From positions 1-10,650 of the forward strand of contig JBBDTI010000015.1 in NCBI GenBank assembly GCA_040904565.1: a stretch of DNA of 10,650 nucleotides, in the 5' to 3' direction. The notes beneath the pieces are model-generated. The model saw only the letters and a list, made by a program, of their open reading frames with translations, was not told the origin of the DNA and ran no database searches. This DNA comes from Rhodothermales bacterium (GTDB taxonomy: Bacteria > Bacteroidota > Rhodothermia > Rhodothermales > VXPQ01). The translations under genes and the position numbers were made by a program. This document shows positions 6,109 to 10,650 of the stretch, piece after piece. Each line of letters begins with the position of its first letter. The first letter of the stretch is position 1.

Positions 6109-7112
6109 ATGCTCCGTAACGGATCCCAGCACTGTGCACGTTAACTCGGTGGGCAGCTGGCCCGGTGCTCGTCCTCCTGGCGCATGGCGACGAGGTCCTG
6201 TATGAGTCTGCCTGCGGCGAAGCCTCGAAGCGGTTCGGCGCGCCGAACGACCTCGAAACGAGATTCAATATCGGCTCGATGAACAAGATGTTCACGGCCG
6301 TCGCAGTGATGCAGCTGGTGGAAGACGGCCGCCTCGGGCTGGACGACCCCATCGCCGCCTACGTCGACGAGTCCTGGCTGCCGCACCGAATTACGGAGCG
6401 CGTTACGGTTCACCATCTGCTCACGCACACGTCGGGACTCGGCAGCTACTTCAACGAAACGTTCACGAACAGCTCGCGCTCGAACTACCGGGAGCTGAGC
6501 GATTACCGGCCGCTCGTGCAGGGCGACACGCTCGCATTCGAACCGGGCGACCGGTTTCGCTACAGCAATACGGGGATGCTGCTTCTCGGCGTCGTCATGG
6601 AATCCGTGACGGGGACGTCCTACTTCGACTACGTGCGCGATTATGTGTACGAGCCGGCAGGCATGGAGCTGTCGGACAGCTATTCGATGGACGAGCCCGT
6701 GCCCAACCTCGCCATCGGATACATTCCCGCCCCCGACACGGAGTCCGGCTGGCGCAACAACATCTTCGAGCACGTCATGAAAGGCGGGCCGGCAGGTGGC
6801 GGGTTTTCGACCGCCGGGGACCTGCATCGCTTCGGTCGCTCGCTGGTCGCCGGTGAGCTGGTTTCGTCAACAGCTCTCGACCGCATGTGGACCTCGCATT
6901 CCGACGCCGGCTACGGATACGGGTTCGGTGTTTCGAACGGACCGGCGGGGAAGGTGGTCGGACACAGCGGCGGGTTTCCCGGCCTGAACGGCAATCTGGA
7001 CATCTTTGTGGATGCCGGATATGTCGTCGCCGTGCTCTCAAACCACGATCGCGCTGCGAGTCCGCTCGCCCAATACGTCAAAGGCCTCATCGAGCGCGTT
7101 CCGGCACCGTAG
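6109..7112 (+). CDS. Beta-lactamase-family (peptidase S12-like) serine hydrolase, 5' end disrupted, possible pseudogene
   Basis: Catalytic motifs are intact: GSMNK (SxxK), LLTHTSG, YSN and GHSG. AGGAGG (6101-6106) next to ATG 6109 opens an 11-codon frame ending at TAA 6142-6144. The hydrolase frame is open only from 6120, with its first GTG at 6165. Confidence 0.85.
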
Positions 7113-7167
7113 GCGTCATCCGGCAGCATTTCGATTACACCCCGCCGCATTTCCAGGCCATCGCGTG

Positions 7168-7188
7168 CCCCGATGCGCCACGTCGGGG
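7168..7188. other. GC-rich hairpin in the intergenic region
   Basis: ccccgatg-cgcca-cgtcgggg forms an 8-bp stem with one G-U pair. There is no U-tract, so it is not a clear intrinsic terminator. Confidence 0.35.
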
Positions 7189-7265
7189 GGACACAGCATC
7201 TCTCCTGAATGGAGGCGATATTGGGGTAAGGTCCACGCTGTCCGTCTCCTAAACGGTGCGTACCC

Positions 7266-9785
7266 ATGCATCGCACGCTTTCCGCGATTACGATCGCCCT
7301 GTTTCTGCTGCTGCTCCCGGAGTCCGCCCCGGCCCAGGAGTACCCCTCGGCGCGCCACGGCGGCAACTACATGCACAACTTCTACTTCCCTCCGGCGCCG
7401 AGCTCGACGCCGTGGTGGCCCAGCTGGTCGCCCGACGGCGAGTGGATCGCGGTGGCCATGTCGGGCAGTATCTGGAACGTCGACCCGGAAACCGGGGCGG
7501 CCCACGAACTGACCCACGGCAGCACGTATCACTCCTCTCCCGCGTGGTCGCCCGACGGCCGCTGGATCCTTTACACGGTCGACGACGGCACGACCATCCA
7601 GCTGGAAATCCTGGACGTTGAATCCGGCGCGACGCACCGGCTCACCGACGACGACTTCATCTACACGGATCCGACGTTCTCACCGGACGGCTCCCGCGTC
7701 GCCTACGTAAGCACGCGGCCGAACGGATATTTCAACGTCTACATCCGCCCGATCGACGACGGAACGTGGAGCGGCGACGAGGTGGCGGTGACGACGGATC
7801 ATCACTACGGCCGAGATCGGCTGTATTTCGGGCCGTGGGACATGCACATCTCCCCGGCATGGATTTCCTCGTCGGAGCTCCTCCTGGTCTCCAACCGCGA
7901 CGTCCCGCTAGGCTCCGGCAACGTCGTGCGGGTACCCGCACGGCAGGATGCCATGGAAGAGGCCGTCCCCGTGCTGGAGGAGCAAACGCTCTACCGCACC
8001 CGGCCCGACGTTTCGATCGACCGCAAGCGCTTCGTCTACTCGTCGCACCAAGGGAGCCAGTACAGCAATCTCTACGTGCAGCCGACCGTGGGCGGACATC
8101 CCTACAAGCTCACGTTCTTCGAGCACGACGCCTTCCACCCCCGCTGGTCGCCCGACGGGGAATGGATCGCGTTTATCTCCAATGAAGGCGGACTGCCCCG
8201 GCTAGCCCTCCTCGAGACGTACGGCGGCGAGCTGCGAAAGGTCGACATCACGGAGCGGCACTGGATGCGGCCGATGGGACGCCTGGAGGTCGAGACGATC
8301 GATGCGGAGACCGGCGAACCGACGGCCGCGCGCATCCACCTTACCGCATCCGACGGCAAGTTCTACGCCCCGGAATCCGCCTACGCGCGCGTCAGCGGCG
8401 TCGGCGATCATCTCTTCCACCAGACAGGCCGCTTTTCGCTCGAGGTGCCCGCCGGGACGGTCGAGGTCGAGGCCGTTAAGGGCTTCGAATTCGAACCGGT
8501 ACGCGCGACCGCGACCGTGTCGGAAGGCGACACGACCCGCCTTACCCTCGAGCTGCAGCGGTTCGCGGACGTGGACGGCTGGTACAGCGGGTCGACGCAC
8601 GTCCACATGAACTACGCGGGCAACCTCCACAACTCGCTGGAGAACCTGATGATGATGTCGGCGGCGGAGGATCAGGACGTCGTGAACGAGCAGATCGCCA
8701 ACAAGGACAACCGGGTGCTCGACTACCAGTACTTCATCCCCGGAGGCGACCCGCATCCGCTTTCGACGTCCGACCGGCTGCTCGTAGTCGGACAGGAATA
8801 CCGGCCCCATTTCTGGGGACACGTGTTCATGCTCGGGCTCCGCGACCATCTCATCTCGCCCTTCACCACCGGCTACGAAGGCACGGCCATCGAGAGCATC
8901 TATCCGAGCAATACGGACATGCTGCGAAAGGCGAAGGAGCAGGGCGCCACGGTCGGGTACGTCCACGCCTGGAGCGGCGAGACCGACCCGCTCGAGGGGG
9001 ATCTCGGTCCGGGGAAGGGGTTCATGATGGACGCCGCGCTCGGCACCACCGACGCCGTCGAATGGGCCATCGCGAACCGGGCGAGCTTCCACCCCTGGTA
9101 TGCGGCGGTGAATGCCGGACTGCGCGTGGCGGCGGTAGGCGGGGAAGATTCGATCAGCGACCTGCACAAGAGCAAGCTCATCGGGTCGGTGAGAACCTAC
9201 GTGTACACGGGCGACGACGGACTCGACATGGACGCCTGGTTCGAGGGCCTCCGCGAGGGCCGCTCGTTCGTCAGCACCGGTCCGCTGCTAGAGTTTACGG
9301 TGGATGGTGCCATGCCCGGTGGCGGCGTGGCTCTCCCGGCGGACGGCGGCGAGGTCGACGTGGCCGGCCGCGTAGCATCGATCACGCCGCTCGATCGCGC
9401 GGTGATCGTCTTCAACGGCGAGCCGATCCGGACACTCTCGCTGGATGCGGACCGAACGTCGGCGTCCTTCCAGGCCGGGATCCCGATCGAGGAAAGCGGC
9501 TGGCTGCACCTGCGGGTGGAGGGCGATCCGTCCGAGCGCTACCCGCTCGACACGCCCTACGCGCTGGCGTTTACGAATCCGGTCTGGGTGACCGTCGGCG
9601 ACGAACCGGTCCGGAACGCGGAGGCCGCGGAATACGGCCTACGCTGGATCGACAGGCTCCACGAGCTGGCGGAGGACTTCCCCGGGTGGCGGTCCGACGC
9701 CGAAAAGGCGCACGTGTACGCCCAGTTCGACGAGGCCCGGGCCGTCTACACCGGGCTGCTTCAAGAGGCACGGACGCAGGAATGA
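7266..9785 (+). CDS. Secreted TolB-like PD40 beta-propeller fused to a PHP-type (CehA/McbA-like) metallohydrolase
   Basis: Signal peptide ending APA-Q. Repeated PxWSPDG/PTFSPDG blades. C-terminal GSTHVH, GQEYRPHFWGH, YVH, GGEDS and GRSFVSTGP motifs. Confidence 0.88.
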   Translation: MHRTLSAITIALFLLLLPESAPAQEYPSARHGGNYMHNFYFPPAPSSTPWWPSWSPDGEWIAVAMSGSIWNVDPETGAAHELTHGSTYHSSPAWSPDGRWILYTVDDGTTIQLEILDVESGATHRLTDDDFIYTDPTFSPDGSRVAYVSTRPNGYFNVYIRPIDDGTWSGDEVAVTTDHHYGRDRLYFGPWDMHISPAWISSSELLLVSNRDVPLGSGNVVRVPARQDAMEEAVPVLEEQTLYRTRPDVSIDRKRFVYSSHQGSQYSNLYVQPTVGGHPYKLTFFEHDAFHPRWSPDGEWIAFISNEGGLPRLALLETYGGELRKVDITERHWMRPMGRLEVETIDAETGEPTAARIHLTASDGKFYAPESAYARVSGVGDHLFHQTGRFSLEVPAGTVEVEAVKGFEFEPVRATATVSEGDTTRLTLELQRFADVDGWYSGSTHVHMNYAGNLHNSLENLMMMSAAEDQDVVNEQIANKDNRVLDYQYFIPGGDPHPLSTSDRLLVVGQEYRPHFWGHVFMLGLRDHLISPFTTGYEGTAIESIYPSNTDMLRKAKEQGATVGYVHAWSGETDPLEGDLGPGKGFMMDAALGTTDAVEWAIANRASFHPWYAAVNAGLRVAAVGGEDSISDLHKSKLIGSVRTYVYTGDDGLDMDAWFEGLREGRSFVSTGPLLEFTVDGAMPGGGVALPADGGEVDVAGRVASITPLDRAVIVFNGEPIRTLSLDADRTSASFQAGIPIEESGWLHLRVEGDPSERYPLDTPYALAFTNPVWVTVGDEPVRNAEAAEYGLRWIDRLHELAEDFPGWRSDAEKAHVYAQFDEARAVYTGLLQEARTQE

Positions 9786-10650
9786 TGCGCACCCGAACGA
9801 CCCGCATCGCATCAGCTCCCGGATCGACCGGAATGGGGAGCCTCTTCATCCTCCTGGTATGCCTCGCCGTTTCCACGGCGACGTCCACCGCGCGCGCACA
9901 GTATCTATCCAACCTGGAGGCCCGCGCTGACGACCCGCTCTTCGCGACGTACGCGGCGCCCACGGACCGGTCCCGGTTCGCGATCGACCAGGGATACCAC
10001 TTCAGGTATTACGACGATGCGGAAGCGATCGCCTTTACGACGGCTGCGGCCGGAGTCCTCGGCACCGCCTTTCACGCCGACGGCCGCGTTCGCCTGCGTC
10101 CCGCCGACATGGCCGAGCCGCCCGTGGTGACGGCTTCGTACAACGACCTCGTGCGATATCGACTGCGGCCCTTTGACGACCTCGTGGTGGAAGGGCACTT
10201 CCAGGTCTACAGCTCGCAGCTCGCCCTGCACGAACTGCGCGTCACCAACAGCGGGTCGTCCCCGATCACACTCGACGTGACGCCCTACCTCGCTCACGAG
10301 TTCGAGGGCCCGCGGCAGTCCGACGACCGGCGCGCCGTCCACTTCGAACACGAGGAGCAGCCTGATAGCTGGACGATCAGGCACGGCGTTCCCTTCGTGG
10401 CGCGGCGGCAAAGTGTTTTTCTGGTGGATGAGGCACCGGCGGCGTTCGGCCATGCGGGGCCAGCCGGTAGAGAAGCGAATGCCACGGAAACGGGTCAGCG
10501 TGGTGTGGTAGACGCCGAAAGCTCCGCCGTCCTGCGGCGGCTGTTCGACGTGCTTCGCGACGAGTCGCTGGTGGCCGACAGCGCCGGCATGCTCGCTTTT
10601 CACCACCGGATGGTGCTCGATCCGGGTGCCACGAAACGGCTCCGCATCGT
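9782..10650 (+). CDS. Secreted protein, partial (runs off the window); possibly the N-terminal part of a GH63/trehalase-like glycoside hydrolase
   Basis: Not in the ORF track because it has no stop in the window. ATGA overlaps the previous stop. Manual translation is open to the end: MMRTRTT..SLFILLVCLAVSTATSTARA-QYLSNLEARADDPLFATYAAPTDRSRFAIDQGYHF..TASYNDLVRY..FQVYSSQLA. The CDS is well supported; the family call is weak. Confidence 0.8.
   Translation, partial: MMRTRTTRIASAPGSTGMGSLFILLVCLAVSTATSTARAQYLSNLEARADDPLFATYAAPTDRSRFAIDQGYHFRYYDDAEAIAFTTAAAGVLGTAFHADGRVRLRPADMAEPPVVTASYNDLVRYRLRPFDDLVVEGHFQVYSSQLALHELRVTNSGSSPITLDVTPYLAHEFEGPRQSDDRRAVHFEHEEQPDSWTIRHGVPFVARRQSVFLVDEAPAAFGHAGPAGREANATETGQRGVVDAESSAVLRRLFDVLRDESLVADSAGMLAFHHRMVLDPGATKRLRI

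Noticed and set aside
7425-8158. Exact 14-mer tggtcgcccgacgg at 7425, 7545 and 8145
   Set aside because: Explained by coding for the WSPDG motif of PD40 propeller blades.
6141-10606. Long minus-strand ORFs 6141..6827, 8202..9167, 9571..9963 and 9905..10606
   Set aside because: Typical high-GC antisense shadows of well-supported plus-strand genes.

Overview
High-GC bacterial window, probably Rhodothermota or a related Bacteroidota-superphylum lineage (inferred from the TonB N-terminus, the Cys-rich ArsR type and a TAnnTTTG-like promoter box). In order, it holds: a disrupted tonB-like gene under a sigma70-type promoter with two tandem 18-bp palindromes; a probable oxyanion-stress cluster (ArsR, small hypothetical protein, CGC-motif metallophosphoesterase, ChrA, DoxX); a macrodomain protein overlapped by a convergent putative lipoprotein; an N-terminally broken beta-lactamase-family serine hydrolase; a secreted PD40-propeller/PHP-type metallohydrolase; and the start of another secreted protein missing from the ORF track. 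Two patterns stand out. First, degenerate tandem arrays with a period of about 15 bp fill three separate gene-upstream regions. Second, two genes appear to have their first codons joined directly to the C-terminal domain, as if by microhomology-mediated deletion. I see no CRISPR, rRNA, tRNA or mobile element. Family assignments come from motif recognition only; no searches were run.
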